Origin: Euprymna scolopes
Lineage: Eukaryota
Direction: 5' to 3' (one strand)
Length of the DNA stretch: 64,000 bases
Assembly (NCBI GenBank): GCA_053919585.1
Contig: CM132793.1
Both the position numbers and the translations under genes were made by a program. Every line of letters starts with the position of its first letter. Positions within the stretch are counted from its first letter, which is position 1. This document shows, piece after piece, positions 41,608 through 55,168 of this stretch. The notes below the pieces were generated by a model. The model was not told the DNA's origin and ran no database searches. It was given only the letters and a program-made list of their open reading frames with translations.

Positions 41608-41880
41608 TGCCATATATTTCCATTCTATTCTATATTTCAATCATAGTATCCCAAGATAGATGTCGCCTTTCTCTAAGAAGCATTATTCTAAACCCCTCTT
41701 CTTATTGTTTTACTGAACTAGCCTAAAAATACATATATTTATATTGTTATGCTTTATTTATTAGAGAGAGTGAGAGAGGGAGAGTGAAAAACAGATTATC
41801 ATGAATATGATATAGTGAATACTTTTGGCATCAGTTAGCTTTAATTAAATATCATAGAATAATAAACAAAATCATAAACG

Positions 41881-41955
<75 letters not shown>

Positions 41956-44900
41956 TAAATGCAGCTTTTTTATACGATAGCTTTGAAAAAGCCACTGAAT
42001 GATAAAAATGATTAGGCTAATTTCTTCCGGGAAATTTGAATATATATTTTTTGTGGAATTTTACATTAAAACTATATTTTTAATCCTGTCGCCTATAAAA
42101 GAACAAATACCTTTAAGGTTGTAAAATGAATAAGGTAAAATTGATTATATGTCATTGGCACCTGCCGTTGACTTTTATGAATAAACGGAACCTAAACGAC
42201 GATACGCTAAACATATGAATAAGTAAATAAAAAGAAGACGCCCGAAAACATTGTCGGGTTTTCGATTGTATAACAAGAAAAAGAGTAATAAAAAACATAC
42301 ATAAAAATAGAGAAAAGAAGAGCGTTACGCAGTTAATCTTTAAATTTTTAAAATGAATTAAAAATCATGTTGTAAATGATTTTTTTAAAAACCGCATGAA
42401 ATTGAATGTGGATATAATATATATAATATAATTTAATTAACGTATTATATTATTAAGGCGGTTAGTGGTTGCTTAGTTTTTGTCGAGTTGTTTAGTAAAC
42501 CACAAATGAAGGGCTCATCAAATCTCTTATAAAATTTATTAGTCATCATTTTGTGTTCAAATCAGGAAACATCATCTCTACTAATGTATAAAAAACATTT
42601 GTCTGTGTGCGTAGGTAAGTTCCTTTCTTATGGAATATGAAACGGCTGAGACGATTTTTTTTTAAATATCATACAACTAGCATGCGTCTGGGGGTGTACT
42701 CTGATAAGTCTGGTACGGAATCCTTCACATGCATATCGAATAACAATACGCAAAAAACTCCGATAAGAAAACGCTCTGATTTGGTCAAAACATATCTACA
42801 TATTAAGCCTACACTCACAAATGCATTTCAAAAGGTTGTATCAGAACACTTGGAAAAGCATTAAACATATAAATTGTGTTTTCTTTGATAAGACAATGGT
42901 GTGTAAGAAATTAATAGTCCTATTTAGAGAAACATTGAACCATGGTAAATTAATTTGGGATTTTAATTTGTAATTCGAGCTATTATATTAAATATACTTT
43001 ATAAAATGAACATTAAGTTTTATAACTTATAAGGAAGACTTCAATATATTCTGGAAAATATCAATGCGGGGATTCATTTGAAACTTCCCTTCCGGTTTCT
43101 GGTCCCCGACTAGAACAAGTAAAAAACAGGTTCGCTTTCAACTGTGCAATTTCCCCCGTTTTGATGACAATAAAATTATTGGAAGTGTAGAACATTCGTT
43201 GAGTTTCGTTCAATTCCTGAAAACATCGACTTTCCTTGCAAGTAGATGTTATTACACTTATTGTTCATGATTTACGTTTTATTTAATTCTCGGTCAAAGA
43301 GATAACACGACATTCTTTCCAATGTACACTGTTTTTCAGAAGTGAAAAATAATTTTGCAGACCATTTAAGTAATTCATTAATTTTTCATGGACGAGCTGA
43401 TTCTATTATTGATATCAAGTTGCAGATATCATTACATTAATAATTCTTTAAAGAAGTAGACCTAATACATATATACTGCCGATACTATACGTATAAATGT
43501 TTATTTTAAACGAACAGGCTACAACCTTTATATGATACGTTTGCCATACCAGGTTACTAATCATTTATCACTCGTTACATAAAAATGAAATTGAGTATCT
43601 TGTGTCGTGAGTAAATAATATAACTCGTTTTTGTAGTATTATTGTTTTTATATTTTTTTTAAATTGTGATAGTATATCTGCACACCACCTTTAATATGAT
43701 TTGTCTTTAGTATTGTTTTTAATAAAAATATACACATAAAAATTATTTTGGGTAAACATGTAAAACGCACTCTTTTTGACTACAGAAACGATGTGTCTTC
43801 GGAGTCGACGTAAAACAAGTGTCGACCGAAATGTATCTAATATTTTTATTTTTTGCATTGAAGTTGGTTAGGGTAAGTTTTATTGACATTGTCGGAGAAA
43901 TTATCAATACATAAAATTCACTAACATATGTTGTTCTATACCTTCTAAAACGTCTTTATACATTCAACATTTTAGATGTAATATACAATTAATTAAGTTA
44001 TAAACCTAACTACAATTATGCAATTGGTTTTTGGATTCAGTTCATTAGAAAATAAATGAGAAATAGAACGGGACCCCTCATAAATCTACATAAGGTAGAA
44101 GATTATTTTTTATGTAGGTCAGCTTGTCACAATATCTCTCAAAGATAACAGGAATTGTACATTACTTATTCATATTTTCTAATATTGAATTATCCATTTA
44201 TATATCTATCGCTCGTTTAACTTTGTTTTCGCCCGGCATACCGATTTAATCCTTGTTTGAAATGTATGTTTTTCAGAGAATTTATTTATAATAGACGCGG
44301 GAGAATAAATCTTAATGGCTATTTAACATAATATTTATGACTCTGTTTTTATTACCGATGTATACGTTTCTGAATTATACATTTTTATTAAGTATTCAGA
44401 TGTATTTATCTATAGTTTTCCTTTTTCTAACGTTTGAGATCTCTATCCTTAACTCTCATTTTCTCTTATTTGAAAACGCTGCTCTTTGTGAGTAGAACTA
44501 GACTTCATGGCGGGTTCTACCTGTGGTGAAGGCATTACACATGCGCATTTAATTTCGTCGACCATTTTTTTGTTCCCGGCAGCGACTCATTTAAAATCTT
44601 TCACTCTTTCCTTCCACGCCGTGTATCACAATCGCTCACAGCAACAATAATGAGTCGTTAATCGAAATACAAAAATAAACGAAAACGAAGCACGAGGTAA
44701 GTCAATAGCAAAAAGCGTTTGTTTAAACCCGAAGAATTTGGAATGAATAATAAACATGTTGACTATTGTAATATAGATTAAGCGGTTGACTCTACAGATT
44801 GACATCGTAAGAAACAAACAGAGGCACAGAAGGAGGAAAAAGAGAGATGGAGATAAGTGGAGCATCTACAGCATAAGAAATAAGAAATAAAGAATTATGG

Positions 44901-46914
44901 AAAGATAGAAATGATGGAAACAATCATTTTCAAAAGAATAACACATGGATCGACATATAAATATAAAGTTCATCAAAACACAAAAGGAAGCGATATAAAA
45001 AAGAAAGTAATATATATCTGCTCTAAAAGATAAAGTAATACCTTACAACATCCGGCAAGTGTGTTTCATTAGATTTCATATCCGATTTATTTGTAGAATA
45101 TATGTTCTTCCATATGGACAACGTTTTATTTTAAGGTACCTAAAAATATATGAAACAGTTCACTCTAAGTATAAGACAGTAAAAGTCAAACTAAGATACA
45201 AAATATCGAGAGATATGATTAGTTGCGTTCTTTTACGTACTTTTCAGAACACGGTGATTTTTGAAACGCTATATTTATGCTTGAAGTTTTATATCTTCAA
45301 ACATTTATTCATGGTGTTTAGTTTCGAATCTTGTCACTTTATGTAGTTATTCGAATTTTGTCAGTTTGGCTTCATCCATTACCTTATAAAATATTAAATC
45401 ACTTGCGTTTAATTTGGGCGTTTTTCTTTGATTTTTGTTGGTAAAATAATGCTACAGAATTGTCAAAGACAATTCAAACAAAAACAAGAGTAACAAGCGT
45501 TGGTGTATTTTTAGGCTATAAAGAAGATACATACACACAGTTTGATGTGGCAGGGTAAAGGGTGAGAAACAAAGTTCAGCTGAAGCTCAAATGCAGTAAG
45601 CGACAGCCGATAAACCCCCTAGCAGGATAGTAAAGAAGAACAAGTCGGATTTAACAAAATAAGCATCTAGTCTTACATGCAATAAATATGAAAGAGATAT
45701 TAAAACAAAACGCAGGAGATATAAAAAACGATAACAAAATATTACTGCCCATAATGGATAGAGACACACACATGTATTCGGAAACATATCTCACAACGCT
45801 TTTCCTAATTAATATGTAGTATCTGCTCTGTCGTAGGTCAGAGAAGAGTTTCTTTTCTTTCATTTAGATACTGTTTTAGTACAATGGGGAATCTAACGCA
45901 TGTCTGCATTTTCATAATAGAAACTCATAGAAAGCCAAACATAAAGGAAGGAGTTACAATAAACATAACATGTTTGATGTTTATTTATGTATTCGGGCGT
46001 TTATTGCGTGCATTATTCTGTCGCTGCCAATCTTAACTAGATTTTTTTAAATCACATCCTCTGAAAAAAGAAACTGCATAAATATTTTTTGTTTATATAT
46101 TTCCGACAGGATAAAACATATTACACATGAAGTTATCAATATGCACCTATTTGAACTTTTCCATCGTCACTTGAGAAAAAAGATAATTAGTAGATAGAAA
46201 CAGTAATAGAAAGTTGTACTATTTGTTGGTTTAGTAGGTGTTACAGTTGTGTTGCATATGACTGCGAAAAATGTATTCAGACACTTTAATGAATATATTG
46301 CATTTCGACTAAATGAATTAATAAGTAAATTTCGTAGTGCCTTTATACTCGTTTTATATGCCTTAAACGAAAATGGTCGAACTGATCGTAATGTATTTAT
46401 TATTTTACTTTTTAACAATTTTTTCGCATATTAGTCAATAAATTTTAGTGAATAAACTAAGGCGTGGAGAATTAGTTTTAAATGTGTCTTCTAATTATAA
46501 TACAATATATGCCTGGAACGGGGTAATAGTAATATGATCTTAAATTATGTTGCTATACACATTGTCACCCAGTAATCAATGCTGAGCAAATCATTTATTA
46601 AAAAACAAATAAAATACGTTAACTATTAAAATAAACGAGGGAAAACAAATATATTAAAAATAGTGTAAAAAATAAGCTGTTCATTGAATTCCAGACAAAG
46701 ATGTGTCGTTTTTCAAATATATATTTAGATATAGCCCAATTTGAGAAACAATAATAGTAATCTATGAAAGCCATGGATTCACAATCGCAGACAACAGAAA
46801 GGTGTAAGGTTTCTCATGCTGGCCAAGTTACATCAGGAATTAGAACATAGGTGAACTGTTTTTAGAATAAAATGTGCTATCATTGGCACTATGAAAATAT
46901 TTACTGAAATATGA

Positions 46915-48599
46915 AAGACATCAACTCCCCGTATTTAATCCTATAACAGACAAAACACTATGCAACATACATATATCTGTGCATCTGGTCGCCAAGCTAA
47001 TCAATAACCTTGATTCCAGTAAAGCAACTGGCCCAGACGGCATGCCAATTATAGTGTTGCCTCCATACTTACAAAACTCTGTAAGTGTTGCCTTAAGGAG
47101 AAGTGCTTCACAACACCCTGGAAAACATGTAAAACACGCCCTGTATTTAAGAATTCAGGTGATAAGTAATATACCTCTCAGTACAGACAACTAAGTCTCC
47201 TGTGTGACATGAGTAAGTTGCTGGAATCGATATTAAATAAAGAAGTCATCAACCACCTAAGCGGAAAACCTCCTTAGTGACATGCAATATGGTTTGCGTT
47301 CTGCTAGATGCATATCAGATGTGATAACGGTTATATCTCATACGATATGGGAATTTCTCGAGAAAGGCTTCCTTTCTAGGAAAATTGTTCTTGACATATA
47401 AAAGGCCTTCGATAAGGTATGACATATGACCCTACTTAAAAGGTTTTCAGCTCCGTACTGGAAATTTTTTCTCAATTATTAAATCATTTCTCTCTGATAG
47501 GCTCATAAGAGTAGTGGTTGATGGGCAGCAATCAGAGGTCCACAGTATTAATGTCAGAGTCCCTCAGGGGGCCATCATAGGCCCAACTCTCTTCCTGATC
47601 TGCATCAATGATCTCCCAACACACATACTTAAATCATTCGTGGATATCTATGCTGATGACAATACCATCTATGGCAACACTTCAAATGCCGTAAATCATT
47701 AAGTTCTCTCTGATTCCCTCTTCACTGATTTTGAGCACATGGTACAGTGGGGGAAGAGTTGGCTGGTTACCTTTAATGCATCTAAAACCAAACTTCTATC
47801 TTTATATCATCACCGCTCTTATCCCCATCTGGCATCAATTGAAATGGATGGCTCTCGTCTTGGGGAGGTTTCATGTTTTGACAAGCCTCTGAGCTTGACC
47901 TTTACTCCTGATCTGAAATGGGACACGTACATCAAGTCTCTGCCCACGTCGCTGGAGAAATGGTAGGCTCCTTTTACCGCTCCAAAATATATCTCACTAC
48001 CGATAGAATTCTCTATTTGTATAAAAGCCAAGTGCGTCAAAGAATGGAGTACTGCTGCCAAATCTGGAGAGGAGCTGCTAAAAACAGCGTATCCTTCCTT
48101 GACAGAGTACGGCATAGACGTTGTGGCTTAGTGGGGTGCCCTTATCTCTTTCCTGCAGCCTCTCTCCCACAGGAGAGGCGTTGCGCGCCTCTCGTGGTTT
48201 TATCGTTATTTCCATGGGTAGTGCTCGTCTGAGCTCAAGTCTCTAGCCTTCCCTCGGCTAACTTTTACAAGGAGCGCCCGTCTAGCTGACACCACTGTGA
48301 GTAATTTTACCCACTATTTATCTGTGCCTAAATCAAAACGTAGATTCCATGAACACAGATTCTTTCTTAGAAGTGCACGCCTGTGTAATTATCTTCCGTT
48401 TGCCTGTTTCCCATCTGACTACAACTTGGATGACTTCAAGTCCAACATAAACAAATCCCTGATAAATCGCCCCCTTAAGCAAGACACTTTAAAACCTCCA
48501 ATACAAACTCTTACGACAATACTATCCCATTGATTACTGCGAAAGCAATAAACCTTTCCCCGAGTGGATTCCTGGCCTTTATAAGCGGTTACCTCCATG
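46915..48599 (+). mobile_element. CR1/Jockey-group LINE, RT and 3' UTR
   Basis: KATGPDG, QYGLR, KAFDKV, VPQGAIIGPTLFLICIND, YADD, MEYCCQIW. Close relative of 30527-33015. Ends in (TA)n. Confidence 0.95.
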
Positions 48600-48605
48600 T
48601 ATATA

Positions 48606-48655
<50 letters not shown>

Positions 48656-48719
48656 CCCATGCAGTTATTTTAATGATACTTATTCTCATCTTGTTTTAGC
48701 ATTTTGAAATTAATAGCAA

Positions 48720-51130
48720 AGAATGTGGTAGATATTTGGAAGGTTCTCAATCTTCATTTGCCTTTCTTCAATGAAATTAGTATTGTGTATAGTGTGAAAA
48801 CACAACGCCTTCAGAAGACAAAGTAAAAAACATAGAAAATCTTTCCCTGTTGTGCAAAATAAATTCCAGAAAGGAAAGTTGAATGCATTATATGATATTT
48901 CAACATGTTCACGCAAGCTGCTTATTTAAAGCTGCGACAATACTAATATAAAATCCAATAAAGAAAATTACACTTCATCTGCACTTACCGTCTTAATGTA
49001 AACTATTGAAAAAAACATCTATGATCATTTATTTCATTTTCCAATATTTACTTGTTTATAGATTTTTAAAATTTCATGAAAAATAAAGCTGAGCAATTTC
49101 AACTCTGTTCTGTTTATTACACTCTTGTTTTGGCTGGCTTTGTTAGAGGGAGATGGGTGACACGCCAAAACAACAAAAAAATCAATCAAAGTAATTCGCG
49201 AGGGATTAAGTTTGAAGCAAAAATAATGTGTACACTTTTGACCTTTTTGTATAAAATAAGTCATTTGTTTTTGAAAAATGCAGTAAATAAAAATATTTTT
49301 AAGAAATTGAATGAAGCAATGCTTAAAATAGAGATGAATATTCGTTCAGTTTGTATTTATATCATAAAATTTGATTTTTTTTCTGTTTTTGTTTTACTAA
49401 TGACATATGCTGACACCTTAAATACCAATTCCAAGATGCCTATGAATGTCATAGCGTATAATTTGCTCAAAATTATTATTATTTTTTTTTAAAGTAAGCT
49501 TATATACTTCATCAGCTATCCTTCCAATGAACTAATTTTTGATAATATAATAATATAATTTTTTCGTAAATAATTAAAAGATCAGAGAGGTAAAATATAA
49601 CCACTATTTAGATGGCAGCATAAAATGATGTGTACATGCTTACCATAATTTACCCTAAATACTTTTTAAAATTGTTGGGAATCTGCTGGTGTTTCATTTC
49701 AGAATGGATGACATTAGAAACCTTAGTTGTGACCAAAGATTTTCCTATGAATATATCCTTTGTATTTCTAGATGTAAGACTTGTATCGTGGGAAATGGTC
49801 CATTAAACCAGGCAGGATAGTTAACTTTGGTAATTATGCTCATGTGTCTATGGACTCGTGGGGCCTATCCACAGAATCTCTCAACCAATATATATAGTTA
49901 TAGAAAATTGATTGTTAATGTTTATGCCAGTTGCTGGTTTAACATAAAAAATAACAATATTGACTATTAAAACATTCAAAATAATAATATAGTATAGCGA
50001 ATCAGAAAGCAACCTATTAAAACGTTAAATATCATGCCTTTGCTCTCTAAACATGTTTTATTTCACCTGCAGTGAGTTTTTTGCCTATTAGGAAAGTTAA
50101 TATTTATTGATAAAAACTGGTTGAATTACTTGTGCCACTTTATCGACACATTTTAAAGACGCTATTTAATATCGACAATTATATAAATGCAATTATTTTC
50201 TTTAAAATTTACAGAACATCACTGTATAAGTCTTGGAGTGTATCTAGTAAAGTTTGGTCTTAGAATACCTCCCCTCCAAAAAGTACCGATAATCTATAAC
50301 CAAAACCGGTGTTTTATTTTGTCAATCATAAGTAAAGCCATTTTTTCATATCGACGCTTCCCAACAATGATAGTACAACTGGCCCTGAAAATTCTTCTCT
50401 GGGTACGTTGATAGCGTGTTTAGTTTGTTTTTGCTTGACATTGTCTATGGGTTTGAACGCGGCACGGAAATTGCTTATTTTTTTACTGGCTATAAAGAAG
50501 TTTTGATAAAAATTAGAATACTTACGTGTTATTTTTGGGGGGTTTTTGCATGACGTGATCTGTATTTCTTATTTTTATTTACTCGAAAAGGAGTTCATAT
50601 AAATTGATTTAGAAAAGAAACAGCAGCTCCTGTAGAAGGCAATTTAAAATAATATATTCTGGACTAAGTTACTGTATCGAGACGTGTGAAGATTCTTCCC
50701 GTGCGATTTAATGGATTTCGATGATAATGTAAATATAGGAGTGGAAAACGTCGGGTGTCTCTGCTAGTTTTACATATATTACATCAGTAGAGATTGTATT
50801 TAAAAATTAAACTCAAATTTTTCTTCCAGAAGAATGCCAGCAAGGAAAAGGCTGAAAAAATCTAGTGATCAACTTTAAAGATTAGTACAGCACAAATTTA
50901 AATTATTTTTTTTCAGTAAATGAAGTTTGTGAGCTACCACTTGCAGTAGACATTTTTGACGAACCATTCATGATTAATTGGTAAACCGCTTGAAATGATG
51001 GATTTCCCTACACGTACTGAAGCTATGGAACAAGCAGACACAGAGGCTACTCAAACAATATACAGCTTTGAAGCAAGGCAGCACATATCAGTAAAAGTTC
51101 TGTGCCGACAAAAAGATCACATATGGAACA
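48720..51130 (+). mobile_element. Fragmented copy 2 of the hATx/hATm-like transposon
   Basis: 48830-48990 matches 33680-33840, 49600-50170 matches 34945-35620, and 50820-51070 matches 35660-35915. Interrupted by unrelated sequence. Confidence 0.7.
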
Positions 51131-53847
51131 AATGTACTCCCTATATTAGATATTATTAAACAATTAATGGGTTTCAATTTCTCTTTTATTTTGTAATTAT
51201 AATAGGAAAAAAACCCAAGACATTTAACTATTACCGCATGAATAATAGTATTTCAAAGAAGACAATGTTAAGTGGGGGGGGGTTAAGGTTTCAATTTTCT
51301 AATTGAAGTTTGGCATAATTTCCTTATTATATTACAGTAACCAAAATAAGATTCTCTCGTATAAATACTGTAATGGTTTGGATTTCACACCAATATGTAC
51401 GTAAAATCTGGCAAAACGTGAGATTAATTTTTTAAAATTTTCTCTCAGCCGAAAGCTAAAAAAACGTGTATAATTTCTGTATCATTATTTAATATGTGTC
51501 TATACAGTTTCTGCTAAATCATTCTTTTTTTCAATATTTTAAAGTAATATATATATATATATATGTGTGTGTGTGTTTGTGTGTGTGTGATGTGTGTGTT
51601 TGTGAGGGGTGTCCTCTATATGTGCCATAGAGGGAATGAAGTATACATCCATTCGAAATTAGTTATTTTATTAATAGACTCTCTTAAAAGACTACATTAC
51701 CAATTGGCAATAAAAATAACAATGAGCATGTTAATATTGAAATAGTGAAACAGAAATTAATTAAATAATATATTTAGGGAGTCTAATATGAAATGTTAAA
51801 CGAAATAACATTTTATACTAATATTTTATATAAATGTGTAATGAGTTTAAGTTTATTGTCGTGTATTGTTCAAAGAGGAATAACAAAAAAAAATTAGCAT
51901 AGAATTAAAGGAAATAGAAATAGAAATAACCAATATTAAGAAGGAAAATGCATAACCGAGACTCGAGTGATTACTTTTCGACACGAAGATAAATACAAGA
52001 TTTTAAGGATAGAATTGTTTAAGTTTTAATGTATATAAAAGTAATAAACAATGCTTTATTTGTATCAAACTATTATTAATTATTGCTTAGTAGTTTTTTT
52101 TTCTAATTGAATGTTTGCAATTAGATATATCGATTGTAACATATTGTCATACTTCTCAATCAATATAATGTATTTTTGTTAAAAATGTTTATAATGCCAA
52201 CATTAATATAAAAAAAATCACGAATACAAAATATTTTCATGCAGCATCTCTTTGAAAAAAGCATGTTTTGAGAGACGCGTTTATTTAATGAGAAGAATAG
52301 TTTTGTTTTTCCGTTTAATAAATATTTTGTTTACACTTTGGTATTAAACATATTTTTTTAATATTTATCCCCACTTAAAATGTGCAGTCGACAAATATTA
52401 ACAGTTTCCATACACTTTTGTATACGAAAGACTGTTTTCATATTTTAAAATGATTTTAACGTTGTACGCTTCTCTCAGTTTGATTGTAAGATTTTTCATA
52501 CCAATTTTGGTTTCCATACACGCGAGATTTCTACAGATTTCTAAATATCTTAAAGTTTCAACTTGTTGAACTCTTGAAACTGGATTTCTTTTTTTCCGAT
52601 AACAATTTTCATTAATTAGGAATCACACGTGTTATTATCACTGCTTCCTCAATGTAGGTGCAAGTGTGTTACGTTAGCGTTATAATGAAAAATATATTTT
52701 ATTCCAAATTGCTAACGAAAATGAATACATGAAAATACAAAATATGTTATATTACAATCATTTAAATAACAAATAAATATGGATCGGTAGTTTCTACAAT
52801 TATATCTAGAAGATGAATAGAGCCAGTTTATCTAATAATCTAAAAATTATATAATATAGTTATATCTATTGAAGATTCTTATTAACATAAGCAATAAGAA
52901 TGTTAAAATTGTTAGAGCAAGCAAAGTGAACTTAAAAGAAGGCACGTAACCAATAATTACAAAATTATTTTCATTATAAGCATCTTACGTTTTTAACTAC
53001 TTATTTCATACAATAACATCGTAAGGCAATAAGTCNNNNNNNNNNNNNNNNNNNNNNNNNNNNNNNNNNNNNNNNNNNNNNNNNNNNNNNNNNNNNNNNN
53101 NNNNNNNNNNNNNNNNNNNNNNNNNNNNNNNNNNNNNNNNNNNNNNNNNNNNNNNNNNNNNNNNNNNNNNNNNNNNNNNNNNNNNNNNNNATGTGTAAAC
53201 ATTATTTGACTTTCAACATCTATTTAGTAATTATAAAATATTAATATATAACATTATAATTGTTCTTACGCAGCTGGTCTTGTCCATATATATAGCAATA
53301 ATCACTTTATTTTAACTCGAGCCCCATATAAATTAAATATCAGAGTAATAATATAATTATAAAAAAAAACTAAAGTAGATACGCTGAAGTGCAGGTCGTT
53401 GGAAATGAAAGAATGTTCAGCTTCAGAAGTGATAAAATGTATTTTTCTGGAATTTATATGACATTTGGGTGAAAAATTAACAAGCATTTCCTCATGTATC
53501 ATATCAACATTTTATCGCTTGCATGAGAATAGATAATGCTAAACAATGTTTCAGCGGTTAATTTTGAATCTTAACATCTATCTTACACTTTCATTTATGG
53601 TTCATATAACATATGAGTCAGAAAGTTGAATTTGAAAGACGTGCGCTTTTACGTACGAAAATACGCTCTTGCCAAAATATCTGAACAATCCCGTCGTCAT
53701 CCCTCAGCATTGTTGCATCAATCAACGATAAAGACCCGATTTACTAAAATGGATAATCCTAACTTGGGTTTAACACTGAGTACTGCACTTATTTGTTATT
53801 CCTTTAATAACAGAGAAGAGTTCACTCCGCCGATGGTTTTTACTTGT

Positions 53848-54016
53848 GTTGGGGGATTACGTCTTCAGGCCAAGAATTACCGTCGAAAGTGATATTTCAA
53901 CCAAATACATTTTCCTATTTCGTTTATCGAGTTTCGATAAACGAAATAGGAAAATGTATTTTGTTGAAATATCACTTTCGACGGTAATTCTTGGCCTGAA
54001 GACGTAATCCCCCAAC
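53848..54016. repeat. 169-bp near-perfect inverted repeat (83-bp arms, 3-nt loop)
   Basis: 53848-53930 is the reverse complement of 53934-54016. Confidence 0.95.
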
Positions 54017-54055
54017 GCGGGTGATTACAGAAACATGTATGCACATATGTAGCCA
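53992..54055 (+). ncRNA. Type I hammerhead ribozyme
   Basis: TGGC-CTGAAGA-cGTAATC(ccccaacgcgggt)GATTACa-GAAA-CATGTATGCACATATG-TA-GCCA. Intact core, GUA site after 54051, C-A mismatch at the base of stem II. Confidence 0.8.
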
Positions 54056-54695
54056 TTAATGTTTGNNNNNNNNNNNNNNNNNNNNNNNNNNNNNNNNNNN
54101 NNNNNNNNNNNNNNNNNNNNNNNNNNNNNNNNNNNNNNNNNNNNNNNNNNNNNNNNNNNNNNNNNNNNNNNNNNNNNNNNNNNNNNNNNNNNNNNNNNNN
54201 NNNNNNNNNNNNNNNNNNNNNNNNNNNNNNNNNNNNNNNNNNNNNNNNNNNNNNNNNNNNNNNNNNNNNNNNNNNNNNNNNNNNNNNNNNNNNNNNNNNN
54301 NNNNNNNNNNNNNNNNNNNNNNNNNNNNNNNNNNNNNNNNNNNNNNNNNNNNNNNNNNNNNNNNNNNNNNNNNNNNNNNNNATCAAAACGTAAGCTAAAC
54401 GTTATAGAGAATTCTTGATAAAATTATTCATTACAAAAAATGGAAGGTCATAACAATCACTCACTCGAAAAAATATGTAAGCATTGCACACGGAATAACA
54501 TCATTGTATTAATATATAGCGCTATCCTATGCAAATAATATTGGTATCGTATGAATATATAGATGTATATGGTTTCTATTTTAGATAATAATATATAATG
54601 ATAGCTGATATATCGCCAAGCGTGGAATATCAACATCTGTCTGGTTGTTTTAATTAACCCAATATTAAACTTTAATTCAAAAATGTAAACACTGA

Positions 54696-55137
54696 GACAC
54701 AGCTATGTTTGGGCTTGCTTCGGCTTACAAATACTGTTTGAACGCTTTGTAGTCAAGGAAGTATTCGATTCTAAGCATGTATTTGTTTTCATTTATTACG
54801 TTAGTTACCGCATACTTTCAGCTTCTTGGCTATTATAGCTCCTGTTATTTGCGATATTGCTTGCGTGTGGAAATAATAACATTCGGAAATTCTATTACTA
54901 ATTGTTCGCGTATATATTACTGATTATCTGTAAGAGCATATTTTATACACTTGATATATCAGGAAAAAATGGAACCTATCAGTTTATATATATAAAAAAT
55001 ACATTTCTAAATTGTCTTACACAAACTAGTTTAAGGAATTTATATCGATAAAAAATTGACAGTAATGCATATGTGATGCGAAATGTCGGAGTTGTCCTGT
55101 TTCGTATATCCTATTATAATTTTAATATTTTTAATAC

Positions 55138-55168
<31 letters not shown>

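Noticed and set aside
43795-43836. gtcgac...gtcgac-cGAAA hairpin resembling a PLE hammerhead
   Set aside because: The core is too degenerate (cttcgga) to call.
44626-44865. ORF with a signal-peptide-like hydrophobic start
   Set aside because: It is simply the complement of an AG-rich low-complexity tract, with no good splice donor.
50527-50629. Minus-strand exon-like segment with good splice sites
   Set aside because: It has stops in all three frames and lies within a transposon-interrupting insert. It shows that chance splice-site pairs occur in this DNA.
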